This document shows positions 23,035 through 35,987 of a stretch of DNA of 64,000 nt, in pieces. The position numbers and the translations under genes were made by a program. The notes under the pieces were generated by a model that was given only the letters and a program-made list of their open reading frames with translations, made no database searches and was not told the origin of the DNA. The stretch comes from Eledone cirrhosa (taxonomy: Eukaryota): positions 311,054,001 to 311,118,000 of the forward strand of contig OZ024741.1 of assembly GCA_964016885.1 (NCBI GenBank), written 5' to 3'. The first letter of the stretch is position 1. The number at the start of each line of letters is the position of its first letter.

Positions 23035-26000
23035 TATATATATTTAAAGTTGAGACAGTAAATAGAAAACAAAAAACAACAAAACGTGGAAGCGAAGAGG
23101 CAGTACAAATGTTAATATTAGTTTCACGGTTGAGAGTGGGGGTTGGAGGACTACGTTTCGGACATAAGACCTTCATCAGGTGAAAAGTGGGAAGAGAGTT
23201 CCCAGAGTGTGTGGGGAGTGGTGGAAAGACATTGAAAAAGGGGGGAGAGAAAAGGGAGGGAAAAATCTTTTTAGAGAGTAAAAAAAATAAAAAATAAAAA
23301 GAAACAAGTGGTGAAAGGGTGTGAGGCGAGTAGGGTGGTGGTAGGTGGAGGGGCGTGGGTATGGAGAGAGGAGAGGGAGCGGGGCGTCAGAGCGGGGAAT
23401 GCTGAAGGTCGTGTAGGTGTACCTGTGTGTGTGTGGATGTGAATGTGAGAGTTGGGGGTAGTGGTGGGGGGAGAGGGGAGGGCTGAAGGTGGTGTGTGTG
23501 TATGTGTGTAGGTGTACGTGTGTGTGTTTGTGGATGTGAATGTGAGAGTTGGGAGGAGAACGAGGTTCCATTTTCGGGTAATAGCAAAACCGATGTGTAC
23601 CTGGGGTGGGGTGTACGTCGGTGTGTGTATGCGTGTGGATGGAGAGGTGTCAGATGGGGTGGGGTAGAGGGGGCGTGCGTGTATGTAAGGATACGCACTG
23701 TGTGTGTGTTCCTGGATGTTTTCCCACGGAATATGAAACCGGATGTTGGAGATTCGGAGTGTGGCAGGGTCGATGGCTGGGGCGGTTGAACGGTGGTGTA
23801 AAATCTTGATATGGTAGTGAGGATGTGGAAATAGTGGGGTGCGCGCGCAACAGGAAGTGGCCAGAGGATGAGGCAGAGCGAAGGAGGTGGGAGGAAGGAG
23901 ATAGCAGTAGGGAGGTGACTGTAGGCAAAGTAGTGAGGAGGTCGACAGGTATAGAGATGGTCTGTATATGGTGTGGAATGTGTGTATGTGTGTACGGAGG
24001 TGCGGTGGACAGGGGCGGGGTTGGGTAGGTGTGAAAGGTGGAGGGAGAGGGTGGCGGTGTATGTGTGTGTGTGTGGGGGGGTATATTAGTGGTGGTTTTA
24101 ATGGGATGTGTGTGTGGGGCGGCGTAGCGCGGGGAGAGAGAGAGGGAGAAAGAATATGTTGGAGACAGTGGGGGGAGTGTAATATACTGGTGTGTGTGTG
24201 TGTGCGTGTTTGGATGTGAATGTGTGTGTGTGTGGTAGAGTGGGTGTTAGTATTACTGGTGCTGTGGGGAGGGGTAGAATGCGGGTTAGTGGTGTTAGTG
24301 TGTGTGTGGAGTGGGTGGTGTATCGGTGTGTGCGTAGGTGTGAGTGAGTGTATGTGTGATGGTGTGTGTTCGTGTGTGTGTGGTGAGGGGGGTGGGAGGT
24401 GTTAGTAATGTTAGTGGTGGGCTGGTCAGATGTGGATGTGTCGGTGGGGGTTAGTGGTGGTAGAAGGGTGTGTGAATAGTGTGAGTGTGTGAGTTGAGGG
24501 TGTGGGTGCGCGTTTGCTATGGGGAGGGGTGGGGATGTTAGTATTATCAGTTGTGGGGTTGGCCAAGGGGTTGGTGGAGGTCTGGGCGTGGAGTGGACGT
24601 TGAAGTTAGGGAGTGTGTTAGTGGTATTAGTAGGGGATTTTTGTGTGTGTGTGTATGGGTGGGTGGGGGGTCGAATGCTAAAGGAAGAGGGGTGGGGAGT
24701 TCAAGCCGGGGTGTGTGTGGGTCTGTAGGGTGAAGGATTGTGTGTTGCTCGACCGTGAGGCGGGTGGAGAGGGTCCCATGGCATTGGATCAGGCAACAGA
24801 CTGTGAGGTGTTAGGCGGGGAACCGAAGTGGCGGGCGATGGTGGAACTACCGCCGAGACGAGTATCTTGGAGGTGCTCCGTGAACCGATCCACTAGGCGA
24901 CGTCCTGTCTTTCCGAAGTAGATTGCTCTGCACTCCGTGCTACGAAGTCCATAGACGAGGTTGGAGAAGATGCAGCGGAAGGCATGCCGGACAGAGAGAG
25001 AGAGAGTGGCAGTTGGGACCCTGGAAGGTGGTGGTGTTGGTGATGCGGAGGCAGGTGTGGAAGCGAGATCTTGAGCAGGGATAGAACCGGGTGGGGCGGT
25101 TTGTTTGGAGCTGCGGACTAGGAGGGAGCGGAGATTACGCGCGCTTTTGAAATGGGGGAGGAGTGGGGATGGGAAGATGGGGAGGTGGAGGAGTTTGACT
25201 GGAGGCGGAGGAAGAGGCGGAGGATGGTGCGGTGGAGGGGTAGGGTGGAAGGGTGGTAGGCGAGGGGAGAGGGATTAGGTGGCTGGGGATACGGGGGCAT
25301 GGGGTGAGTACGGTGGTGCGGTGGAGAGCACAGGCGCGAGCAAGGGCGGCGTCGACTTGGGAGGGGATAACCTCTCCGGATGAAATGGGTGATTAGAGAC
25401 AGGGCCTGGGACTCGAAGTCAGCATTTGGTCTGCAGAGGCGGAGGAGTTAGGAGTTGGGAATGGGGTGTTTGGTGTGCTTGGGGTGGGAAGAGGTGAAGT
25501 CGAGGTAGGAATGGGACTCGGTGGGTTTGAAGAAGGCGGAGGTGAAGAGGAAGCGGTGGGAGGGGTCGACGGCGACGGAGATGTCCAAGATGGGGACGTG
25601 GGTGGTAGAGATAGAGGTGGTGAAGTGGAGGGAAGGGTGGAAGGAGCAGAAGAAGGAGAGAATGAAGTCGAGCTGTTCTCGAGTGTGGGTCGTCGCTCCG
25701 ATGCAGTCGTCGATGTACCGACCGTACAGTTTGGGCGTAGGGCCGGTGTACTGGGCAAAGATTTGGACCTCAACATGGCCAACGAAAAGGTTGGCATAGT
25801 TTGGGCCCATTCTTGTGACTTGTTGGTAAAACTCACCCGAGAAGGAGAAGCAGTTAAGGGTGAGGACCAGCTCGGCGAGGTGGAGGAGGGTAGGGCTAGA
25901 GGGATGTAGGAGGGGCAAAGGTGGAGGTAGTGCTGTAGGGTGGGTAGGACGTCGGCGTGGGGGATGACGATGTAGAGGGACTTAATATCTAGGGTGAAGG

Positions 26001-28650
26001 GCAGGGTGTGTGGGCCGGGTGGGAAAGTGAGGAGTTGAACGGGTGAATGAGGAGGATGGATTCAAGAAAGTCGGAGATCAGTTCTGTAGGGCAGTTGCAA
26101 GCGGAGACGATGGGGCGGCCTGGGTTGTCAGGTTTGTGGATCTTGGGGAGGAAGTAGGTGGTGGTGGTGCGTGGGGGGTGCGGCCGATGAGGTGGGAAGC
26201 GGTGGAAGGGAGGAAGGACGAGGAGACGAGGTGTTGGATGGTGGATGAAACTTGTTTTTGGTAGAGGGGGTGGGTGGGGTAGGAAGGTAGAGGGTGGTAG
26301 AAGAGGAGTTTACAGTGCTGCCTGAGGGCTTCCGCCGAGTAGAGGTCAGCGCGCCACACCACCACGGCGCCTCCCTTGTCCGCCGGTATGATTATGATGC
26401 CGTCGCGGCTACGGTGGGAACGAAGAGCGAGGAGTTCGCCCCGTGAACTGCTATGTCGTTTGGAGCGGCGGGAGAAGTCGAAGCGATTTAATGCGTTCGC
26501 AGCCGGTGGGGTGTTGTAGAAGTGTGCCTGTAGCTTGGTGCGTCGCACGAATCGCTCGATATCCGCTCGGGTGCGGAACTCGTCGTTGTACGGGGTGTGA
26601 GGGGAGTTTGTTGTCGAAGTTGCGGAGGGTGGAGAGGGAGGAGCGGAGGGAGTTGTGCATGAGGAGACGCGAGGTATGGGTGAGGATACGTAGGGGTAGG
26701 TGTGGAAGTGCAGTCAGAGGTGGAGGTGGAGGTAGCGGCTAAGGAAAATGGATGTGGCTGGAATGCCGGGTTTTAGCCAGGAGATAGGAGAGTTGGAGGG
26801 CCGAAGTGAGATAGCAGGGTGGATGGAGAGGAGTGAGGAAATGTTTAAGGTTGGTGTGAAATTGGTGGAGAAGGGATTTCAGGGTGGGCATGGTGGGTGT
26901 GGAGTGTCTAAGAGGAGGGGTGGTCAAAAAGCACAGGGGAGGTGGAAGAGAGGAGAAGTGTGTGGTGCGAGAGCGAAGTGGAACGAAAGGGGTGAGTGCA
27001 AATAGGATAAACAGAGATGGGGGAGGAGAGGGGACGGAAAAATCAATACAAAATTATCATAAACAGGTGAAAATATTAACAGAAAATCATAAACGAAAAG
27101 ACATAAGCAGAAAATAAACAAATGAAATAAAATAATAAAAAAATAATAAGGATAGAAAATAATTAAAAAATGAACAAAAAATCGGAGACTGAAAGAGGTT
27201 TTGTGAGAGAGTTTGGGTAAAATCCAGAAGCTGGTCACAGCGAATTAAATCGGGATTGAGCCGGTGGTCGAAGGTGGTATTCCAGGGTGGCGTAGAGGCC
27301 GTGTAAGCGTGTATATATATTTTAAAGTTGAGACAGTAAACAGAAAACAAAAACAAAAAAAACCAACGTAGAAGCGAAAACGCAGTACAAATGTTAATAT
27401 TAGTTTCAGGCATAAGAGTGGGGTGGGGTGATTGTGGGGGACGACATTTCGGGCATAAGCCCTTCAGCAGGAGAAAAGTGGGCAGTAAGAGAGTTCCGAG
27501 GGTGTGTGGGGGAGTGGTGGAAAGACATTAAAAAAAGGGGTAGAGAAAAGGGAGGATAACATGTTTTTTAGAGAGTAAAACAAATTAAAACTAAAATAAA
27601 ACAAGTGATGAAATGGTGTGAAGCGTGTAGGGTGGCGGTGGGTGAATGAGGTTGGGTGTGGAGAGGAGAGAGGGAGACGAGGCGTCAAAGCGGGGAGGGC
27701 TGAAGGTGGTGCGTGTGTATGTGTGTAGGTGTACGTGTGTGTACGTGTGTGGATGTGAATGTGAGAGTTGGGGGAAGAACGAGTTCCATCTTCGGGTAAT
27801 AGCGAAACCGGTGTGTATATAGGGTGGGGTGTAAGTCGGTGTGTGCGTGCGTGTGGATGGAGAGGGGTCAGAGGGTGTGTAAGAGAGGGGGCGTGTAGAG
27901 TCCGGAGGCTGAGTGTGTGTATGTGAGGATACGCACGTGTGTGTGTGTTTATATGTGATGTGGATGTATGGTTGCATGGTGCGAAAATAGTGTAAGTGTT
28001 AGTGTGTGTGCGTGTATTCCTGGATGTTTTTCCACGGACGATGAGACCGGATGTTGGAGATTGGGATTCTGGCATGGTCGATGGCTGGAGCGATAGACCG
28101 GTGGTGTAAAATCCTGGTATAGTAGTGAGGAGGCTGACAGGTATAGAGATGGTCTGTATGTGGTGTGGGACGTGTGTATGTGTGTAAGGAGGTGCGGTGG
28201 ACAGGGTAAGTGTGACAGGTGGAGGGAGAGGGTGGTGGTGTGAGGGGTGAGGTGGGGTGTATACTAGTGAAGGTGTTAGTGGGATGTGTGTGTGTGTCGG
28301 GGGGAGGGGGTAGAGCGGGGAGAGGGAGAGGGCGAGAGAAGGTGTTGGAGACGGTAGGAGGAGTGTAATGTACTGGTGTATGTGTGCGTGTTTGGATATG
28401 AGTGTGTCTGTGTGTGGCAGAGTGGGTGTTAGTATTACTGGTGATGGTGGGAGGGGCTGAATGCGAGTGTGTGAGTGGGTGTTAGTGGTGGTAGTGTGTG
28501 TGGAACGGGTGGTGTATCGGTGTGTACGTATGTGTGATGGTGTGTGTTCGTGTGTGTTTGGTGAGGGGGGAGGGGGGGGGGGGAGTTTGGCCCGGGGGGG
28601 GGGGGGGCGTTAGTAATATTAATGGCGTGGTGGTCAGATGTGGATGAGTG
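23035..28650 (-). mobile_element. Decayed Penelope-like element with RT and GIY-YIG between direct pseudo-LTRs (~23035-24450 and ~27310-28650)
   Basis: IIIPADKGGAVVVW (26078-26548), LDIKSLYIVIPH, LNCFSFSGEFYQQ..MGPNYANLFVG..YGRYIDDCIG (25448-25918), and NLVYGL..AIYFGKTGRRLVDRFTEH (~24870-24965). 23035-23810 is repeated at 27310-28120. Confidence 0.9.
23152..23179 (-). ncRNA. Hammerhead core in PLE pseudo-LTR (second copy 27443-27470)
   Basis: rc CTGATGA-aggtcttatgtcc-GAAAC-GTA; second copy CTGCTGA-agggcttatgccc-GAAAT-GTC. Stem I not clearly identified. Confidence 0.65.
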
Positions 28651-28677
28651 GGCATATTGTTGTAATATTACCAGAAA

Positions 28678-28857
28678 TAATAATTGTTTCAAGTTTTTGG
28701 CACAAGGCCAGCAATTACTCAGTGCATTACGGGTATTTTATTTTATCGCCCCCGTAAGGATGAAAGGTAAAGTTAACCTCGGCAGGATTTGAACTCAGAT
28801 CGTAAAGGGAAGTAACTATGAGGAAAGCATGTCCGACCCTCTACCGATACTGCCAAT
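28678..28857 (-). mobile_element. Full-length tRNA-derived SINE
   Basis: Reverse complement of the 19865-20046 family (ggatttgaactcag...ctctaccgatactgccaa). Confidence 0.85.
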
Positions 28858-29204
28858 CTCACTGCCAATCCACCGGCGGGATATAATAATAGACCATAAT
28901 CACTGTTTGGTTGGTTTTGACTTCTGCATCATTTATATCTCCATAGTTAATTTATTCGGCCATTAATGTTTATCATTGACTGACCAACGGTTAAAAATAC
29001 AGTTATCTACTATATCAATTGGTCGGACGTTGTATATTTAAGTAAGTAAGTAGGTGTAGTCGGATAAACGTCGAAACGGCTTGGTGGAATGCAGCGAAAA
29101 TTGACACAGTTATGCAGAATGACCCGAGGAGGCGTTGGGTCGACTTTCAAGGTTACGGAGAAAATCGATGAAACAGGAATTTCCCATTCAAATTGAATTG
29201 TGAG

Positions 29205-29410
29205 TAATCTGTGAACGCAGAAGTAAATATTTTGAGAAACGTTGCAACCGAAGGAAAACAAGAAGACGATATTTTGTTTCGTGAAGATGTTCCCTGGCAA
29301 TGAACGGAAAAAAAGCGAGGATAATACGTCATTATGTGGAGCGTGAAGAACAATTTCATGCAAAGACAAGACCAAGTTTATGGTATAAATGGAGTGGTTA
29401 GACTAATATT
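29205..29410 (-). mobile_element. Family X fragment
   Basis: aatctgtgaacgcagaagtaaatattt...gttgcaaccgaagga is the reverse complement of the family X core. Confidence 0.8.
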
Positions 29411-29644
29411 CTATTTAAAATAACAGAATGATTTCCAGCCCCGGAGTTTAAGAACGATGTAAATAAAATTGAAAACGAAAATGACAGAGGTTTTTAAAAT
29501 AGTAAAAGTAAATAGTGAAGATTTAGGCCAGTACATACGTATGCCCCGACGGACATACATATACATACGCACACACAAATACATATCTCCCCCCCCCCCC
29601 CCACACAGACACGCACGCACGCACAAGCGTGCGCGCGTGTGTAT

Positions 29645-30075
29645 AAACCTTATGCATTTCTACAGTATTTTCACCAAACTTAAGACATAGGTTACTTATG
29701 TACTCCCGATGGTCATGGGCACTTTAATTTTTCCAGATATTGATTATAGGGCCTCCTGGCAGATAACCCCCTTTAATCACTTCCTTGGAGTCGACTGAAG
29801 CACTGCAGTGCAATGCAACAAAACGTCATAACTTCTGGAGTGCGCAACCGATTTTCACAAAACTTGACACATGGGCTACGTTTGTCCTACAGATGAATGT
29901 GAACTCTCAGAATTGGCACATATTGAGTAGGGGACCCCAGGGGGCAGGATCCCCCTTTTGGAAAAAGCCGATGATTTTGTAAAAGTATAGTTTTCGAAGG
30001 AGCACTGAAGTATTGACATAAATGATATACACAACTGCTATTTAATATCCGAGCAACGCCGGGTACCTCTGCTAG
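29645..30075 (+). mobile_element. Non-autonomous Helitron-like 3' part
   Basis: Ends ccgagcaacgccgggtacctctgCTAG|t (GC-rich hairpin about 10 nt before CTAG, followed by T). Internal repeated attttcac.aaactt.a.aca motifs. Confidence 0.6.
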
Positions 30076-30638
30076 TAAATATATATACGCGTATATAGTC
30101 TAACGAAGTTCTTTCGTTGTACATCCATAACATCATCAGTAATACTTTTATCATTTTTTCTCCTATTGTATTGCAATGTATTGTAGTGTCTACGCCATTT
30201 TTATTTTATCTATTTATTTATTTATTCATTTTTGTCTCCGTCTCTGCGCATGAGTTTGCGTGTGTGTATAGTGTTTGGTGTGTGTGTTCGCGTTTGGATG
30301 TATGTGTTTTAGTTTTTGTATTCTATCTTTGTGTATTAGTGTGTGCTTATATGTGTTTGTTGTTATTGTACTTGTGTATATATATATTTATTTATTTATT
30401 TATTTATATTTCTCATAAGTCAGTATTGTTTGTTTGGGTATGGTTGTTGTTGTTATTCCATTCATTTTTTTCTGTTTGGCTTTCTAAGCTCTATTTCGGT
30501 CGCTTCTCTGATTCGTCTACCTGTTGGGTCATTTCTATGTTTAGATATTTTAATTTCTATGTTGTTTACGTTACAGTTATGTTTTTGTCTGGTGTGTTTG
30601 TATAGTACTGAACCATTTTTGAACCGTTTATATATATA

Positions 30639-30701
<63 letters not shown>

Positions 30702-31250
30702 TGCATATATATATATATATATGTGTGTGCGCGCGCGCGCGCGTTTGTGTGTTCGTGTATGTACGTGCCTGCGTGTATGTTTATATGTATGAAGGTTGCA
30801 AACTCTGCTAAGAATATTGCAATCGCTTGTAACAGATCCTGAACAAGCAATTTCTGTACTTTGAATGTTTTAGGAAAGGGCTGGCACTTGACCAATCCCA
30901 CTCTCTGAGCATTGAAATCACTGCCCAAAAAGGAGAACTGGTCAACATCATCGGATGCTTTAGAAACCGCAGTTATTTTTTCAGAGTTTTCCTGTCTTAG
31001 AAAGGTGTTGAGACAACAACAGGAGCTCTTTCACTCCTAGGTGAAAAAAGTACTGTTTGGATGGCCTTTGACTCTGCTGAGTTCCTCCGCAGTTTCTCTG
31101 GCTTTGTATTTCATCCCGCAGGGTGTCCAAATATTAACCTCCTCAGCAAGCTATTTTGGTAGTGTTGCAGGTTTAGTCGCCGAAAACCCTACCATGAGCC
31201 ATGTTGTACTGGGTTACATATTATCAGTAGCACGCGAGAGCGACCTTACA

Positions 31251-31348
<98 letters not shown>

Positions 31349-32033
31349 TATGTATATATATAATTGTTTCTACTTTATGGCACAAGGCCAGTAATTACCC
31401 AGCGCATTACTGGTACTTTACTTTATCGACCCCAGGCAAAATTATATATGAATTATTGTCGTTAAATGCAGGATTATATATATATATATATATAATTAGA
31501 GTATGGTGTTAACCGAACATTATGGTCTGTCGGTTGTGAACCTGATAAAAAGAAGCGTTCAACAATCTGTATAAATGGTGCAAGCCGGATCATTATATGT
31601 TAATAAAAGATAATCCTTAGCGAAATATGTATAACGGAGTTAAATAAATCTGAATCAACTGAATATGGCCGCCGATCTTTTTTTAATATATATACAATGG
31701 CTGCAACTTGATTTTGAGCAATCCCAGCGCTTTATACTTAAGCATGAGCATCACGGATGTGGCTTTTTAGCCATGCTAGGTACTTGCCTATGGCCAGCAA
31801 TAACATGCATCGCAAAAATATCACTTATTGAGCAATGTCTGTGCATGCAGCTATTTCAAGTGAGGAAAGGCTTTGCACGCATCCAATCCCACTCCCTGAA
31901 ACTCGAATGCATTTCTGCAAAAGAAGAACTGGTCTACATCATTGGATACAAAGAAAGTTGCAAGGTTTATTATATAAGAGTGACCTTCTTCTAGAGAGAT
32001 TTCTTAATGAAGACTGGAGTCTCTACGTTCATA

Positions 32034-32091
<58 letters not shown>

Positions 32092-32092
<1 letters not shown>

Positions 32093-32201
32093 AACGAGTA
32101 GGACCCCGACGGCTGAGCTCAAGCCGTTTCGACGGCTAATTCTGAGTCCAGAATTAGCCGTCGAAACGGCTTGAGATCAGCCGTCATGGTCCTACTCGTT
32201 C
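32092..32201. repeat. GC-rich near-perfect palindrome (53-bp arms, 4-nt loop, 3 mismatches)
   Basis: gaacgagtaggaccccgacggctgagctcaagccgtttcgacggctaattctg-agtc-cagaattagccgtcgaaacggcttgagatcagccgtcatggtcctactcgttc. Confidence 0.95.
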
Positions 32202-32282
32202 CTATTACTCTCTCTACTACCCTAAGTATTGAGTACTTTGGTGCGTTATGGTCCATCTGGTTCCTTACCATATTTCCTTCGT

Positions 32283-32322
<40 letters not shown>

Positions 32323-34427
32323 ATAATTCAAGAAAGAAGAGTGATATTGTTGGCTACACACTAAGGGCTTTATTCACATTGCTGACAATGGTTTCTTTGA
32401 TCTGGTAGGTCTAGAGGTCGCTACTCGCTTGATGTTGCGTCAATCGATCTCCAATACTTTGTTTATAACCAGTCGTTTCATCAGAGCTTGCGAAGAACTA
32501 AAAAACTAAACTGCCTTCCACGTTTTTTAAACTAATATATAAACACTTCCCTACATCGCATAGATATCATACAATCTTTAATAGAAAAACTATAAAACAT
32601 TCATACTCTACTGCTGCCAACATTGAATCGCACATACGCAAGATCAACCACAAAAATACCTCTTAGCAAACTATCCAACCTATACGCAACATAGCAGCAA
32701 ACACTAAACACAAACACATTACTGTACCACAACCACAAACGCACAGGAACATACCACAGCAAAACTTCAATAGGCATGAATCACAACCCACATATAACAT
32801 TTTGCAAAACCGCAATGTGAAAGCTGCACGGAATAATACTTCAAACTGCAATTGTCACCTACCAGATAAGTGCCCATTAGCGAATAGGTGCCTAGATTCT
32901 AGCCTAGTGTACATGTGTACTGTAAACTCGGGCAACTCCACATGATGTTACATTGGATCCACCGAGGGTGTCTTTAAGAAAAGGTGGTATGTGCACAGAC
33001 ATTCAATGAAGAACTGTGCACTGGTAAATACTGCAACCCTGGCCAATAAAATCTGGCAACGTAAGGACAAAATCCTTGATTACAATATTAGCTGGTCGAA
33101 ATTAGCGGCCGCAAAGGCCTATAGCAGCGGTATGTACCATTGCAGGCGCTGTAAACTTGAATTGCTACATATCTTAAGGAACGATAAAATTCTACTCAAC
33201 AGCAAAATAAAAAGGTCAATTTTCTGCAGACATAAGATTGCTACAAAATTCGCGAGATTTAAACCACCGTGATTCGAACCAGCATCCCCTATATTAAGGG
33301 GAAATCACGTATCATTTAACATATGAAATCCACATTCTCACACAGCCACTTCAGAACAATAATCTTCTATAAACACCTTCTAGCCTCCCTACATCTATAC
33401 CACTAGGATGGGGCAGTAATGTCTACAATTATCTTGTCAGCCCATAAATCAATCCCATCTTTGCTGTTGTTTAATCTTTCAGACCAAACAATTATATCTA
33501 GGTATCTCATATTAGCACTCATGATCTCTAACAGATGAACTTAATTCTAAGTACATTATCTTATTACTCCTACACTCCTTGAAATCTTATTTTCCTCTTA
33601 TTGTTATTATGATGATCTCAATGTATCTCTAATGTTATTGTTCTTGTTCTCTCTATTTACCATGCATATTTTATTATTTTATTACTTTTATTGTCTCTAT
33701 TATTGTTGTTATTATTGTCTTATTTATAAAGTATTTGTTATTGATGTTGTGAAAACTAAACCCCCATGATTCGAACTAACAATCCCAACTTTTAGAATAG
33801 GCCACTTAAATACCGAATCTATAACTTCACTTAACACCACATAAAAACCATATATCTCTATGCACCCACCCTATCATTCTCACTAAGTTGATACAACGAA
33901 AATACTTTTCTGTCAAAAAATCAATCAACTCCGGTTTATTGCTAGTGTGCTTTCAGACCTACAGCACACGCATATACCTCCTAAATCCTGACTCCAAGTA
34001 CATTTTATCAGTTATCTCTCCACCATCTTAGCACTACATCTAATGTACCCTATAGCAGTTTTCACATGGCAATTTCATACATCTGCATCATATCAGTTCG
34101 TTTAATATGCTAGATTCATCATTATGCTCTATTTCTTACTTATATTGATGTTATTATTTTAACTATTCAGTATGTAGTTATTTTATTATTTATATTATTG
34201 TTCTGGTTTAATACCACTCCTCTATAAAATCCATGCCTTGAGTATCTTCCTCACTTTCGCAAGCTCTGATGAGACGACTGGTTATAAACAAAGTATTGGT
34301 GATCGATTGACGCAACATCAAGCGAGTAGCGAACTCTAGACCTACCAGATTAAAGAAACAATTGTCAGCAATGTGAATAAAGCCTTTATTGTATAGCCAA
34401 CCATGTCACTCTTCTTTCTTGAATTAT
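32323..34427 (+). mobile_element. 5'-truncated Penelope-like element (C-terminal GIY-YIG) with inverted ~170-bp termini
   Basis: ~32500-33272 reads KHFP..HTIFNRKTIKHSYS..CNC..CPL..CL..LVY..YIGSTEG.FKKRWY.H..LA.KIW..CRRCKLE..LLN..CRH. Arms 32323-32494 and 34256-34427 are reverse complements. Confidence 0.85.
34263..34369 (+). ncRNA. Hammerhead-like motif with 82-nt stem II region (mirror copy 32381-32487 minus)
   Basis: gct-CTGATGA-[34273-34354]-GAAAC-aatt-GTC-agc. Core boxes intact in both copies. Confidence 0.65.
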
Positions 34428-34619
34428 TTTGACTCCCAGTATAAACTACATAGAAATCACCGCAAACTTGCAGCATCACTATGGAAACGTCTTGTTGAGT
34501 CAAACTAAGCCATACATTAATACCATCCACAACACGGAGTACTCTAACTGGACTACATCTAAGTGGACTGCCTATAACGATAACCTGTTATCCCGTATAT
34601 ATATATATATATATATATG

Positions 34620-35393
34620 AAAAATGGCGTGCTGCGTTGTTGCAAATGGGGTACATATGAATAAAATTAGTCCTTTATCAGTGATCTTCCAACCGGCATT
34701 GGTATTTCTTCGTATTAAAGATCATATACCTCTGGTTGGTGCGAGCAATAACTTTAAAAAGTTATTGGGACACGTAAAATAGGGTGAAGCGAGCGAGACA
34801 TGTAAACAAACAGAGATGGTTATGCAACGGAAAGAGAGGAAGAGGAGAAACAAGTCCTTGATATCTGTGAACTTAAGTTCGGTTAATTCATAGACGAGGA
34901 GAGATACAGTACATCCGACCTGGGTAAGATGTGAGCGAGAAAAGGATTTCACACAGGTCAAACGGGAGGAAGTGAGAGAAGGGGAGTAGCAGAGAGTGAG
35001 TTAGTGAAAGTGTGAGGAAGTGGCCAGCTGAGAGAGAGTGACTGGCTATACCTCTGGTTGGTGCGAGCAATAACTAAAAAAAAGTTATTGGGAAAAGTAA
35101 AATAGGGTGAAGCGAGCGAGACATCTAAACAAACAGAGGTGGTAATGCAACGGAAAGAGAGGAAGAGGAGAACAAGTCCGTGATATCTGTGAAGTTAAGC
35201 TCGGTTAAATCATAGACGAGGAGAAATACAGACCATCCGACCTGTGTGAGATGTGAGCGAGAGAGCTATAGCCAGTCACTCTCTTTCAGCTGGCCTCTTC
35301 CTCACACTTTCACTCACTCACTCACCCGCTGCCACTCCCCCTTTCTCACTTCCTCCCGTTTGACCTGTGTGAAATCCTTTTCTCGCTCACATC
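34620..35393 (-). repeat. Diverged homologue of the 523-bp tandem unit: ~320-bp direct duplication plus inverted segment (35263-35393)
   Basis: atacctctggttggtgcgagcaataact at ~34726 and ~35048 (rc of ctattgctcgcaccaacc.gaggtat in the array). 35263-35393 is the reverse complement of ~34926-35050. Confidence 0.8.
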
Positions 35394-35572
35394 TATGGAG
35401 CTGATAATATTAATTTTTTTATTTCTCTCAGCCACCCTCTAAAGTGGTGACCACATCAATACCTATTTATAGAATCATAGGGACCTTACCCCAGCACCAC
35501 CAACACAGATACACGCTACTAGTCATCGGTAGCATTCCAGAGAACCGGTGGTGGATAGATTAATGTTCGGCA

Positions 35573-35625
35573 GACCACCTGAAGATACCCGATTGATGCT
35601 AGGGTGAAAACTCTGCATAGTGGTC
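35573..35625 (+). ncRNA. Type I hammerhead-like motif
   Basis: gaccac-CTGAAGA-t-accc-gattgatgcta-gggt-GAAA-actctgc-ATA-gtggtc: 6-bp stem I, 4-bp stem II. Stem III weak. Confidence 0.6.
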
Positions 35626-35987
35626 AAAACAGTCGAAACATAATGGATATTTCCAAATAAATTTATGTAAAAGCCTATTATCTTTTAAATAAATACCTAT
35701 TAAATAAGTAGCATGTTTATGATATAACTCGCTGGCAATTAGAACCAAAATATCCAAAGAGAGAAACTAGAGATTTCTTGTTCTTTAATTTTAACTGCTA
35801 CATTTCTTTCATTAATGTTACACTTATTTGCACACCCACCCAACAAACTGACACAACGACGTGTCTGAGTGTGTGTTCCTGTCGGTGTTTGAGTATATGT
35901 ATGTGTGATTGATATATTTTATGGATGAAAGGTTATGATAAGGACTCTCACACCCACCTACACCCCCATCCCACCCCCACATACACG

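Noticed and set aside
32942-32944. In-frame TGA in the PLE GIY-YIG as possible selenocysteine
   Set aside because: Single TGA at a non-conserved position in a decayed copy, simply explained by CGA deamination; no SECIS identified; the endonuclease is C-terminal, unlike Naiads.
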